Origin: an uncultured Acidimicrobiales bacterium
Lineage (GTDB): Bacteria; Actinomycetota; Acidimicrobiia; Acidimicrobiales; UBA10347
Assembly (NCBI GenBank): GCA_943788915.1
Contig: CALSSD010000010.1
Span: forward strand, 310,001-374,000
DNA: 64,000 nt
Direction of reading: 5' to 3'
The translations under genes and the position numbers were made by a program. Below, piece by piece: positions 29,589 to 39,178 of the stretch; position 1 is the stretch's first letter, and every line of letters begins with the position of its first letter. Under the pieces are notes generated by a model. That model was not told the DNA's origin. It saw only the letters and a list, made by a program, of their open reading frames with translations, and made no database searches.

Positions 29589-30917
29589 TCATACATCTCG
29601 TAGGTGTCGAAGACCGAAACGTTCGGCGAGCATCGTTGTTGGGAGGTGAGTGTTGGCATCGGGGATAGACGGGAAGACTGAGGCATCACACACATAGAGA
29701 TTCTGGTAACCAGCTACAGCGAAGTCGTCGTCAACAACCGTCCCCATGGCGCACGTACTTGTCGCATGCACATAGTCGCCGCAGTGGGTTCGCACCCATG
29801 CTTCGATTGATGACTCGCCGGTGAGTGCCTCGATGGTCGTGCCGCGGTCGTCGATGTAGATACGTTCCACGATCTGGTCGAATGCCGTCGAGCCCAGAAG
29901 GTCAAGGGCCAACCTCGTGGCAGCGACCAGACCCTGCATATCGTGAGCGTTGTCGAGCAGGGCAAAGTTGACGACGGGCGTGCCGCTGCGGCTGATGCCG
30001 ACCGACCCAGCACGGCTCGTTGGTGTCATGAGCGCTGCCATCATGGCGCCGAGTCCCGCTGTCTCGGGGGCGGACCCAATATGACTCATTGGCAGAAGCT
30101 GCAGCACGTCCGAGCCGACTGAAGCATGAAGCGCGCTGGCGATGGGTAGCCCGTCGCTGGCGTGGTGCGCTTCCTCTCGCAACCGAAGGGTGAACACTAC
30201 CGAAGGATGATCCTGGAGTCCGCTACCGATGCCAGGTGTATCTACGCCGGAACGGAGCAGGATGACGGGAGAGTGGATAGCCCCGGCGCAGACAACAACA
30301 TGGTCCGCTTCGAGCTCAGAACCATCGTCGAGTACCACACCGTTAGCTCGGCGTGCAGCAATGCGTATTCGGGCCACCGGTGCCTCGGAGCGCACGGTTA
30401 GGTTGGGTCGATCAAGCACAGGCCACAGGTAGGCCTCAGCCGAAGTAACACGTTTGCCGTTCTGCCTGGTGAGCTTCAGCGGCTCGGCCCGATCATCACA
30501 AAGCAGTGCCTGGTCTACTGCGCCGAGTTCCGATGTGGTCGCCAGTTCGGCAGGAATTTGCACTCGGGACCAGGCCTCGGCACAGTCCGACCATCCCCAG
30601 CCGCGGTACAAACTTTCGCTACCAGGTAACGCGACCATGGCGTTCACTGCACTCGACCCGCCGATGCCCCGACCCCGCTGATAGACGGTTGCGGGGATGC
30701 CCTTGGCCCGGGTAGCGAGTAGGTCCGGGAACATCCGACCCGGCTCTTGCAGCGCAGCAAAGAAGCTTGATCCGGCGACGCCGGCAGGCACTCCGCCCGA
30801 CAAAAGAGCCGGCCCACAATCGACCAGAGTTACCCGTCGACCCGGCTGAGCGCTGAGTCGGTTGGCGACCACACAGCCAGCCGACCCCGCACCAACGACG
30901 ATCCATGACTCGCTCAC
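29589..30917 (-). CDS. GMC-family oxidoreductase
   Basis: VVGAGSAGCV, RGRGIGGSSAVN, LQDHP, HATSTCAMG, DASVFP..P.ANT. Confidence 0.9.
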   Translation of the reverse strand: MSESWIVVGAGSAGCVVANRLSAQPGRRVTLVDCGPALLSGGVPAGVAGSSFFAALQEPGRMFPDLLATRAKGIPATVYQRGRGIGGSSAVNAMVALPGSESLYRGWGWSDCAEAWSRVQIPAELATTSELGAVDQALLCDDRAEPLKLTRQNGKRVTSAEAYLWPVLDRPNLTVRSEAPVARIRIAARRANGVVLDDGSELEADHVVVCAGAIHSPVILLRSGVDTPGIGSGLQDHPSVVFTLRLREEAHHASDGLPIASALHASVGSDVLQLLPMSHIGSAPETAGLGAMMAALMTPTSRAGSVGISRSGTPVVNFALLDNAHDMQGLVAATRLALDLLGSTAFDQIVERIYIDDRGTTIEALTGESSIEAWVRTHCGDYVHATSTCAMGTVVDDDFAVAGYQNLYVCDASVFPSIPDANTHLPTTMLAERFGLRHLRDV

Positions 30918-31114
30918 GAGCGCAAGTTAGCAGAGCACAGGAGCCTCCCGCCGGTGCGCAGCGGCGGCGGAGTGCACCCGAACATCACTGGCACTGTTGC
31001 CCTTGTGCGAAGTGGTCCTGACTGATGCTCCCACAGATGAAGGAGTGGAGTCCCTACGTGCTGCGAAGCCACCTGGTCAAAACTCCGGCCACGGCCGATC
31101 AGGTACGGTGGCCC

Positions 31115-32023
31115 ATGGTCAAGGTTCGTCAACCTACACGGGAGTTTCGCCGAGCGATCGAAGACAGCCTTCGCTGGCGCAACTTCGAGCATCGGCCGGA
31201 CGACATCTTTATCAGTACCCCGCCAAAGAGCGGTACCACGTGGATGCAGGGTATCGTATCGTCGCTGTTGTGGCCGGCTGGCAACGCTCCCGACGATGGC
31301 CGTGGGCGGAGCCCATGGATCGACGCCCGGTTCGTTCCACTCGATGATCTCCTCGCCCAGCTCGACGCGCAGGAACATCGGCGTTACATCAAGACCCACT
31401 CGCCCGCTGATTGTGTGCCGATCTTCGAGGAGTGCAAGTACATCACGGTGTACCGAGATGGACGCGACGCGTTGATGTCGTGGGCGAATCACCGCGGTGC
31501 GATGCGATCGGAACTCGTCGACTTCTTGAACGCGAGCGCTCTCGACGAAGGTCTTCCTCCGCTGCCGTCGTGGGACGGTGATATGGACGAACTGTTCGAT
31601 CAATGGTCGACCGACTGTTCCCCGATCACCCATCTGGCGTCGTGGTGGCCCCTACGGAAAGAGGGTTTCGCCTTCTTCATGCACTACAACGATCTGAAGG
31701 CCGATCTTGAGGGCGAGATGAGACGACTCGCCGTCTTCCTCGACATCGAGGTTCCCGAGAACCTCTGGCCCGAAACGGTCAAGCGATGTGGACTCTCGGT
31801 GATGCGCGAAGAGGCCCGCAGCAACGGACGAGTCGACAAGGTGTTCGAGAACGGAGTGGACGCGTTCTTTCACAAGGGAACGAACGGTCGCTGGCGCGAC
31901 GTGCTAACGCAGGCACAACTCGACCGCTACGCCGCCCTGGTCGCCAACGAGCTCCCGGCCGACGCTGCACTGTGGCTCGAGTCCGGCTCGCTTGTAACCG
32001 GCACGAGGCCCCACGAGCCCTAA
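31115..32023 (+). CDS. Sulfotransferase domain protein
   Basis: PAPS-binding TPPKSGTTWMQ, KTH, RDGRD..MS, FFHKGTNGRW. Confidence 0.9.
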   Translation: MVKVRQPTREFRRAIEDSLRWRNFEHRPDDIFISTPPKSGTTWMQGIVSSLLWPAGNAPDDGRGRSPWIDARFVPLDDLLAQLDAQEHRRYIKTHSPADCVPIFEECKYITVYRDGRDALMSWANHRGAMRSELVDFLNASALDEGLPPLPSWDGDMDELFDQWSTDCSPITHLASWWPLRKEGFAFFMHYNDLKADLEGEMRRLAVFLDIEVPENLWPETVKRCGLSVMREEARSNGRVDKVFENGVDAFFHKGTNGRWRDVLTQAQLDRYAALVANELPADAALWLESGSLVTGTRPHEP

Positions 32024-32157
32024 CTGACACTGCTGACTGCACGAACTCCTGCACTCATTCGGCTGGCACGATGTTTGCGTTTCGGGTCGTTGACGGCGTG
32101 GAGTAAACGCATCACGCAGTAGGTGTGTGGGTCGGCCTCGTGCCGGAGGAAGTGTGG

Positions 32158-33051
32158 TTATTCGTCGCCGTCGAGTTCTTCGATAGTGCGGGGCCAGTCG
32201 TCCTTCAGCAGCCGCGAGAGCGAGCGGTCCGCGAGACATTTGCCGCCGTTTTGGCAGGTGGCGCAGTAGTTCACTTCGTTCGATGAATACACGATGCGTT
32301 GCACCGGTGAACCACACATTGGACACGGTTGGTTGTACTTGCCGTGTACGCCCATGTCGGGCCGAAAGGCCGTGACCTTGGATGGAAAGCCGTCGCCTAC
32401 TTCGGCCCGAATCCGGTCGGCGTAGTCGACGAGAATCGCCTGCGCTGAGTGGTAGAGGCGCTCGATTTCATCGTCGGACAGTTGGCCGGTGCGCTTCACA
32501 GGGGTCAACTTTGCGTGGAGCAGAATTTCGTCGCTGTACGCGTTACCGATACCGCTGAATATTGCTGGCATGGTGAGCGCCCGCTTGAGTGTTCTGTTCT
32601 GCGCCGTGAGCCGCTTGGCGAAGGCCGCAAGGTCGATCTCGAGTGGTTCGAGCCCGCCTCGATCATGGTCTGCCAGAAGTTGTTCCTCGCCTCGCAGCAG
32701 CCAGATCGATGCCCGTTTCTTTGAGGCCGCCTCGGTGAGATGCAGTTGCCCGTGGTCGAACTCGAATGCGGCCAGCAGGTTTTTGTTTCCTTTGGCATCG
32801 GCCTTGCGCCAATAGAGCCGTCCGGCAACCATGAGATGGATGACGAGAAACAGATCGTCGTCGAAGGTGAGAATCAGGCGTTTGCCCAGTCGACGGGTGC
32901 CGGTCGCTGCCATACCTTCGAGCACCGTGATTGGTGGGTCATAGGACTTGAGTACCGAGATGCCCTTGACCCGAATCTTGTTGATGGTTTGACCGACGAC
33001 GTGGCGTTCGAGCGCTTCGAGATAGACGATGACATCGGGATACTCAGGCAC
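32158..33051 (-). CDS. Fpg/Nei-family DNA glycosylase
   Basis: MPE.P N-terminus, GKRL, HLM..G, GIGNAYSDE, CPMC...CATCQ zinc finger. Confidence 0.92.
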   Translation of the reverse strand: MPEYPDVIVYLEALERHVVGQTINKIRVKGISVLKSYDPPITVLEGMAATGTRRLGKRLILTFDDDLFLVIHLMVAGRLYWRKADAKGNKNLLAAFEFDHGQLHLTEAASKKRASIWLLRGEEQLLADHDRGGLEPLEIDLAAFAKRLTAQNRTLKRALTMPAIFSGIGNAYSDEILLHAKLTPVKRTGQLSDDEIERLYHSAQAILVDYADRIRAEVGDGFPSKVTAFRPDMGVHGKYNQPCPMCGSPVQRIVYSSNEVNYCATCQNGGKCLADRSLSRLLKDDWPRTIEELDGDE

Positions 33052-33074
33052 ATCAGAACGGTACTCTCAACGCC

Positions 33075-33338
33075 ATGCCCACGTCATCCCCTGAACCGTT
33101 GCCGGAGCTCCTTCGTTGGCGGACCCACCTAGACACGCTCATCGAGACAGACGACGGCCTCGTCACGCCTGCAGATGATCAGCTTTCCATCGAGAATGCC
33201 ATCGCAGCGGGCATCGCAGTGTTGGCAGGCGAAGCGACGCCAGACTCATCGACGGTTGAACCACAACGGCCAATTCTCGCGAAGGATCTCCGGATCACGA
33301 CCGACCTGGTCCTGCGGGCATTGGAAGCACATACCTAG
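33075..33338 (+). CDS. Hypothetical protein
   Basis: Fills the gap between genes; protein-like composition. Confidence 0.55.
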   Translation: MPTSSPEPLPELLRWRTHLDTLIETDDGLVTPADDQLSIENAIAAGIAVLAGEATPDSSTVEPQRPILAKDLRITTDLVLRALEAHT

Positions 33339-33410
33339 CCAAAAATGCGAAATCCGCAGTGTTCGCCATTCAGGCAAACACTGCGGATGTTCTTCGGCGC
33401 TGCAGGAGCG

Positions 33411-33731
33411 CTAGGGCTCGAGTCCGAGATCTTCGAAGATCTCCATGCGAAGAAGCTCGAAGGTGTCGTTGTCGATGCCTCCGGCTTTCTTGTGTTCCTT
33501 GATCATGTGGAACTTTTCGAGCAGCTTGCGGTGCTCGGAGGTCTTCGGGGTGAAGTCCTCGATCAGCGTGTCCATGCTGGTATCAGGTGGCTTCTCTTGC
33601 GTCTGTGTAGCGACGAGCGGGCCGTTGGGGTTCTCGGTGCCCTGGCGTTTGGCGCGCTTGTCGGCGTTCTTCTCTTGGCGGCGGCGCTCCCGCTGGCGCT
33701 TATCGAATGTGTCTCCGCGTCGGCTTGCCAT
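33411..33731 (-). CDS. Small basic protein (N-terminal TFDKRQRERRRQEK helix)
   Basis: GGAG RBS 7 nt upstream of ATG 33731; Lys/Arg-rich N-terminus. Confidence 0.7.
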   Translation of the reverse strand: MASRRGDTFDKRQRERRRQEKNADKRAKRQGTENPNGPLVATQTQEKPPDTSMDTLIEDFTPKTSEHRKLLEKFHMIKEHKKAGGIDNDTFELLRMEIFEDLGLEP

Positions 33732-33946
33732 ACAAATCTCCGTGCTTTCTTGTGTTCCCGCCTCATTCGGTGGAAGCACGTGAAGTGCAACCCCGAAGGT
33801 CGTTCGTGGCTTCCCCGCAGGGAAGCGGAACATCGGCGCCTAACGATATCTAGCTGGGGTCTGTGATCGGTGGACAAGCACGGGAATGTGACATATCGAC
33901 ACTTTCCACATGTCGGGAATAGGCCCTGAGCCCAGTCGGCGGTTGC

Positions 33947-35638
33947 TCAGGCGACCCGCACCGCGATGGTGTGCCAACCAGATGCGCCGTCTGGATCAAC
34001 CGCGGTTCGCACCGGTGTCTGGGTGATGCCGTCGCCGTCGGTCGAACGGACTCGGATGACGTGATCACCGGCGGGGGCGTTCCACGGGACCATCCATTGG
34101 CGCCACGAATTGTCAGAGACGTCCTGGGTGAGTTCGGCTTCGATCCAGTTCTCGTTCGGGACCTCTTCGCCATCGACGATGTCGGTGATGAGTACCTCGA
34201 CCTTGGTCACGCCACGATCCGGCGCCCATGCAACACCAGCAATTGGCTGGTCACCGGCGAGAAGTCGAGCATTCGCGTTTGGCACATCGATGCGTGACTG
34301 TGTCTTGATCGGGCCTTCTTTGGCCCAGCCACGGGTGATCCAGTAGCCGTCGAACGCATCCCAGGTCGTGAGCTCGATCTCTTTGAGCCATTTCGTGGCC
34401 GACACATAGCCATACAGGCCAGCGACGACCAAGCGGACCGGGAATCCATGTTGTGTCGGCAATGGCTCGCCGTTCATGGCCACGGCGACAAGGGCTACCC
34501 GGTCCGGGTGGTCGAGGTAGTCGGTGGGGAATCCACCGGTCCAGCCATCGACTGAACGGCCGACGATCTGGGTTGCGCCGGGTTGCACACCAGCCATGTC
34601 GAGCAGCTTCTTGAGAGGCACCCCGAGCCAGCGAGCGTTACCTACGAGATCGCCTCCGACCCGATTGGAGACACACGAAAGGGTGACGAACTCTTCGACC
34701 GGGTCCATGGCCAACAGATCGTCGAACGTGAGCTCAATCTCGTTGTCGACCATGCCGGTGATCTTCATGGACCAGCTCTCGACATCGATACGAGGGATGG
34801 AGAGGGCCGAGTCGATGCGGTAGAAGTTGTCGTTGGGCGACACCAGAGTCGCTATGCCGTCTATGTCATCGAACGTAGCGAGCTGAGGCATGGCGGAGGA
34901 CTCAGCTTCGAGTGTTGTTGTAGAGCCGGCCCCCGTTTGCTCGATCGAGTCCAGCGCGGCTGCCACGTTCTCGCGATCGCCTTCAACCTGTGCGCTTTGA
35001 CGGCTGCGCAGTGCTGTTCCAATCACCGGAGCGGCAACACCCACGGCCGCGGCGCCAGCAGCGGCACCCAGGAACCCACGTCGACTCGCTGCAAGCTGTT
35101 CAAACGATGCGGTTGCGTTCCACAACCGGTGGGCGGCTGTGAGGAGATAGTGCAGGGTTGCGATGCCAGCGGTGGCGGCCAAGATCGCCGAGAACCACGC
35201 CCAGCCACCAGGCCGCTGTGGATCACTTGCGGCCGCCAGCCCACCGAGAAGCCCAAACAGCACAAAAACAACGATGCCGACGGGGAACTTTCGAGACGCT
35301 GCGATGCCAGTAGCTGCACCGATCAGCAGGCTGACCAGAGCAATGCCGATAACAAGTGCTGGTTTGTCGTTGGTGCCGAGTGTGTCGATCGCCCACTTCT
35401 CGACAGATCCTGGTGCGTTTTCGATGACGACATCGCCGACACGGACGATCAGCGACGGGAACTTGTTCGATATGCCAGATAACAGTTCGCCCATGCCCAA
35501 CGCGACGCCAGCGGACAGAAGCCCAGTCGCTGCGGCGGTGCCGCGGCTGACCGGCGTGGTTGACTGCGAAGCCAGCGCGTCGATTGCTTCGATGGGTGCG
35601 GGGGCAACGGGGTCGTGTGTGTCGATGTGGTCGCTCAT
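33947..35638 (-). CDS. Molybdopterin-dependent oxidoreductase (sulfite-oxidase family) with N-terminal membrane domain
   Basis: FYRID, TLSCVSN.VGG.L.GNA.W.G, HGFPVRLVV.GLYGYVSATKW. Confidence 0.92.
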   Translation of the reverse strand: MSDHIDTHDPVAPAPIEAIDALASQSTTPVSRGTAAATGLLSAGVALGMGELLSGISNKFPSLIVRVGDVVIENAPGSVEKWAIDTLGTNDKPALVIGIALVSLLIGAATGIAASRKFPVGIVVFVLFGLLGGLAAASDPQRPGGWAWFSAILAATAGIATLHYLLTAAHRLWNATASFEQLAASRRGFLGAAAGAAAVGVAAPVIGTALRSRQSAQVEGDRENVAAALDSIEQTGAGSTTTLEAESSAMPQLATFDDIDGIATLVSPNDNFYRIDSALSIPRIDVESWSMKITGMVDNEIELTFDDLLAMDPVEEFVTLSCVSNRVGGDLVGNARWLGVPLKKLLDMAGVQPGATQIVGRSVDGWTGGFPTDYLDHPDRVALVAVAMNGEPLPTQHGFPVRLVVAGLYGYVSATKWLKEIELTTWDAFDGYWITRGWAKEGPIKTQSRIDVPNANARLLAGDQPIAGVAWAPDRGVTKVEVLITDIVDGEEVPNENWIEAELTQDVSDNSWRQWMVPWNAPAGDHVIRVRSTDGDGITQTPVRTAVDPDGASGWHTIAVRVA

Positions 35639-35672
35639 GTCTGGTTCGTCATGTCTGGTTCGTCATATCTGG
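35635..35672. repeat. 14-bp tandem repeat TCATGTCTGGTTCG x2 plus partial copy over the start codon
   Basis: 35635-35648, 35649-35662, TCATATCTGG 35663-35672. Confidence 0.9.
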
Positions 35673-35795
35673 GCCTGGTGATCTCCAGTATCGCCGTCGA
35701 ATCGCTCGGCCGCTGTGCAGAACCACGAAACAACTCGTTAAGTCCAAACGCCCTGGGGCACTCGATTCTTGATCGCCACGCCCTACTCTCACAGT

Positions 35796-36828
35796 GTGAC
35801 TCGATTGGACTCGCTTGGTCTCCGACAGGAAACTCTCCACGCGTTTGGTGCCTTCCGCGACTCGAACGATGTGAGCAGCGAGGCTCAATTGGGTCGGGTC
35901 GTGCGAGTTGACCGCGGCGAGGTCGATGTCCTCGTCGAGGAAGGCGAACTTCGGGTGATGAGCGGCTCACAGCGTGCACAAGCCGAGACCGCTCCGGTCA
36001 CCGGCGATTGGGTCGTGGTTGCGCCAGACGACGAGGTCGGCTTCTATGTTGCGCTGGTGCTCCCTCGACGCACGGCCATGGTTCGTCGCGATCCGGCTGA
36101 GCAGGTCAGTGACCAGGTGCTGGTCGCCAATATCGATCGGGTTGCCGTGGTGCATGGCCTCGATCAGGCCGCGAATGATGCTCGTATCGAACGGTTCCTG
36201 GTGCTGGCGATTGACAGCGGCGCAGAACCCATGATCGTGCTCAACAAGCAGGACCTGGGCGAGGTGTCCGACGAGTACGGCTGGCTTGAAACCGTCGCGC
36301 CGGTGTTCACCACCAGTGCCGAGGACGGCACCGGCATCGATGAACTCCGCAATGCGATCGGCTACGGCGAGACGCTGGTGTTCATCGGCCCGTCCGGTGT
36401 AGGTAAGTCGACCCTCGTGAATGCGATCTTTGGCGAACAGGTCGCAGAGACGTCCGAGGTCCGCAGCCGTGACCGGCGCGGGCGCCACACCACCACGACC
36501 CGCGAGCTGATCGAACTTCCCAGCGGGGGAGTGGTGATCGATACCCCCGGCATTCGAGCGATTGGTTTGTGGGCAGCCGACATTGCCCTCGACGAGGTCT
36601 TCGCTGACATCGTCGCGCTTGCTCCCGCATGCAGGTTTCGTGACTGCACCCATCGCCAGGAACCGAATTGTGCCGTGCTCGAAGCCGTCGAGAACTGGCG
36701 AGATCCAGGCCATACGCTTGGCCCGCTACCAGCTGCTGTGGCAGGAGCTGGCTGAGCAGGCCCGCGACATTGAGCTCCGGAAGCGGGCGCCGTCGACGAG
36801 CAAGCGCAACAAACGCCGCCGAAAGTAG
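35796..36828 (+). CDS. rsgA: Ribosome small subunit-dependent GTPase A (extra base near 36693)
   Basis: PVTGDW, ANID, LNKQD, GPSGVGKSTL, GRHTTT, DTPG, CRFRDCTH.EP.C; true C-terminus GEIQAIRLARY is in another frame. Confidence 0.93.
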
Positions 36829-36841
36829 AGAGTAGACAACG

Positions 36842-38015
36842 ATGGCCATCGAGCCTTCAGTACGTTCTGACATAGCCCCGTTTCGAGTCATGGAAGTCTT
36901 CGAGGCCGCCGAGCGCCGGGCAGCCACCGGTGCCGAAGTCGTGCGGCTCGAAGTCGGACAGCCGCTGACAGCCGCGCCGAAAGGTGTGATCGCCAGCGCT
37001 CATCAGATCCTTGATAACGACCGTCTCGGTTATGCGAGCACTCACGGTGTCGTTGAGCTTCGAGAGGCGATCTCGGCGCACTATGCGGATTGGTACGGGC
37101 TGGATATTGACCCGTATCGGATCATTGCGACGGTGGGTGCATCAGGTGGCTTCACCTTGGCATTCCTTGCTGCGTTCGACGCTGGCGACCGGGTCGCACT
37201 GGCGATCCCGGGTTACCCGTGTTACCGCAATGCGCTCGATGCCTTGGGTGCACAGGTCGTGCCACTCATGACCACGCTCGAGGACAATTTCCAGCCCTCG
37301 ATCGAGCTGCTCGAACAGGCCCACGCCGAGGGAGCGCTCGATGGCCTGGTCATCACCAGCCCGTCGAACCCAACCGGCACGATGCTTGATGAGGCCACGC
37401 TGGCCGAGATACTCGCACTGGTGTGATGAGCGCGGCGTAAAGGTCGTCTCGGACGAGATCTATCACGGTCTGACCTACGGCGCTGCAGCAGCGTCGGCGC
37501 TCGCCTACAGCGACGATGTGCTGGTGGTGAACAGCTTCTCTAAGTACTTCTCGATGACCGGTTGGCGATTGGGCTGGCTGGTCGTGCCCGAGAACTTCGT
37601 GGAGCCGATTGTTCGATTCGCAGCGAACTTGTTACTCGGCCCACAAACACTGTCGCAGATGGCAGCGGTGGCGGCGTTTGACTGTCACGAGGAACTACGG
37701 CGGCACCGGGTGCGGTATTCCCACAACCGTCAGATCCTGCTCGACGGCCTGCGGGCTGCAGGCCTTGACCGGCTGGCACCGGCCGAGGGAGCCTTCTACG
37801 TCTACGCCGACATCTCCCATGTCTCCGACAGCAGCACAACACTCTGTAGCCAATGGTTATCGGAGCTGGGTATTGCTGCCACACCAGGCACCGACTTCGA
37901 CCCGTACAACGGCGAGAAGTACGTTCGCTTCTCGTTCTGTGGTGGCACCGACTCCATCGAACGAGGCGTCGAACTCCTCGCTGCTTGGCACACATCCTCG
38001 TCACGTGGGGTCTGA
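36842..38015 (+). CDS. PLP-dependent class I/II aminotransferase (extra base near 37418)
   Basis: LEVGQP, PGYPCY, SPSNPTG; then SDEIYHG and NSFSKYFSMTGWRLG in the next frame. Confidence 0.9.
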
Positions 38016-38049
38016 CCCCTCGTCACCTGGGGTCTGACCCCACGTGACG
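37999..38049. repeat. REP-like doublet left of RAYT (GGGGTCTGACCCC x2, 22-bp period)
   Basis: Cores 38007-38019 and 38029-38041; whole unit bounded by perfect 14-bp inverted repeat CGTCACGTGGGGTC/GACCCCACGTGACG. Confidence 0.9.
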
Positions 38050-38116
38050 TGAGTCACGGTTCGTCTGCGTCGCATTGTTGATCGAGACTGTCACACCGGC
38101 GTCGTAACTTTTGAAC

Positions 38117-39070
38117 ATGAGGCCGCTCCGAATCGATGAACCTGGCATGTATCACCACGTAACCAACCGTGGCCGCAACAAACAAACGGTCTACCCGGAT
38201 GACAGCGACCGAACCCTCTTCCTCGATCACCTGTCGATCTCGGTGGCCATGTGCAAGATCGAGGTGCATGCCTATTCGCTGATGGACACTCACTATCACC
38301 TACTGATCAGGTCGCTTGAGGGACGCATGTCAGAAGCGATGCAGGGACTGGGAAGCAGGTACACGCAGGACCACCACGCACGTCACGGCACCGATGGCGC
38401 ACTCTTCAAAGGGCGCTTCTATTCGAAAGTCATTGACTCCGAGGGGTACCTCGGAGAGGCCACCCGCTACATCGTGAATAATCCGGTCAAAGCGGGGATC
38501 GTCGGACGGCCCGAGGACTACATTTGGTCGAGTTACCGGGCGACACTTGGTCTCGAACCAGCTCCTATGTTCCTGAATGCCAATGGCGTCCTCATCGAGT
38601 ACTTCGATGGTGATCGAAATGCACTTGCGGGCTTTGTCAACGAGCGGACCTCCGCCGAGGGAAACTTCTACCGGCACGTGATTGAGCGCCGGGACAACGG
38701 ACAGCTGCTAAGCGCAGATCGGCAGGAGGCTACAGACCGCTCATGCCGGCTGCTTGAACTCGCCAGGCAAAAGCCCGGTCTGATCTCTTCGGTCCGAGCG
38801 GTATCCGAATTCGTCTGCTCAGCATTCGACATCACGATTCATGATGTGCTGGCACCTCGTACTTCGAGTGAACTCGAAGCGAGGGACCTCCTCATGACAG
38901 TCATCTGTGTGCAGGGAATCGCTGAGACAGCGGAACTCGCTGATGCGTTTTGTATCTCGGATTCGGTGGTGCGGCGGCGCCTTTCTGCTTCTCGCAAGCG
39001 TGTGACCAACGAAAAAGGATGGGAATCGTTGGTGGCAACCGGCGTAGCGCTGTTGCCCCTGACAATTTGA
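38117..39070 (+). mobile_element. REP-associated tyrosine transposase (RAYT/TnpA-REP, IS200/IS605 Y1 HUH superfamily) with C-terminal extension
   Basis: YHHVTNRG, HAYSLMDTHYHLL (HUH), GALFKGRFYS, RYIVNNPVKAG (catalytic Tyr), Y.WSSY; flanked by palindromic repeats. Confidence 0.88.
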
Positions 39071-39099
39071 ATCCGAGCGGACCGCCGGATCGTGCCAAA

Positions 39100-39150
39100 C
39101 GTCACGGAGGGTCTGACCCTAGGTGACGGAGTGTCTGACCCCGCGTGACG
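39100..39150. repeat. REP-like doublet right of RAYT
   Basis: AGGGTCTGACCCT 39108-39120 and AGTGTCTGACCCC 39130-39142; 22-bp period; CGTCAC/GTGACG arms. Confidence 0.88.
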
Positions 39151-39178
39151 TGTGCACGTCGGATTGGCCTCGGGAATG

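Noticed and set aside
39071..39094. 12-nt match (CGCCGGATCGTG) between the RAYT 3' flank and the 39-bp repeat at 11163-11174
   Set aside because: Matches of this length are expected by chance in 64 kb of GC-rich DNA; the rest does not align
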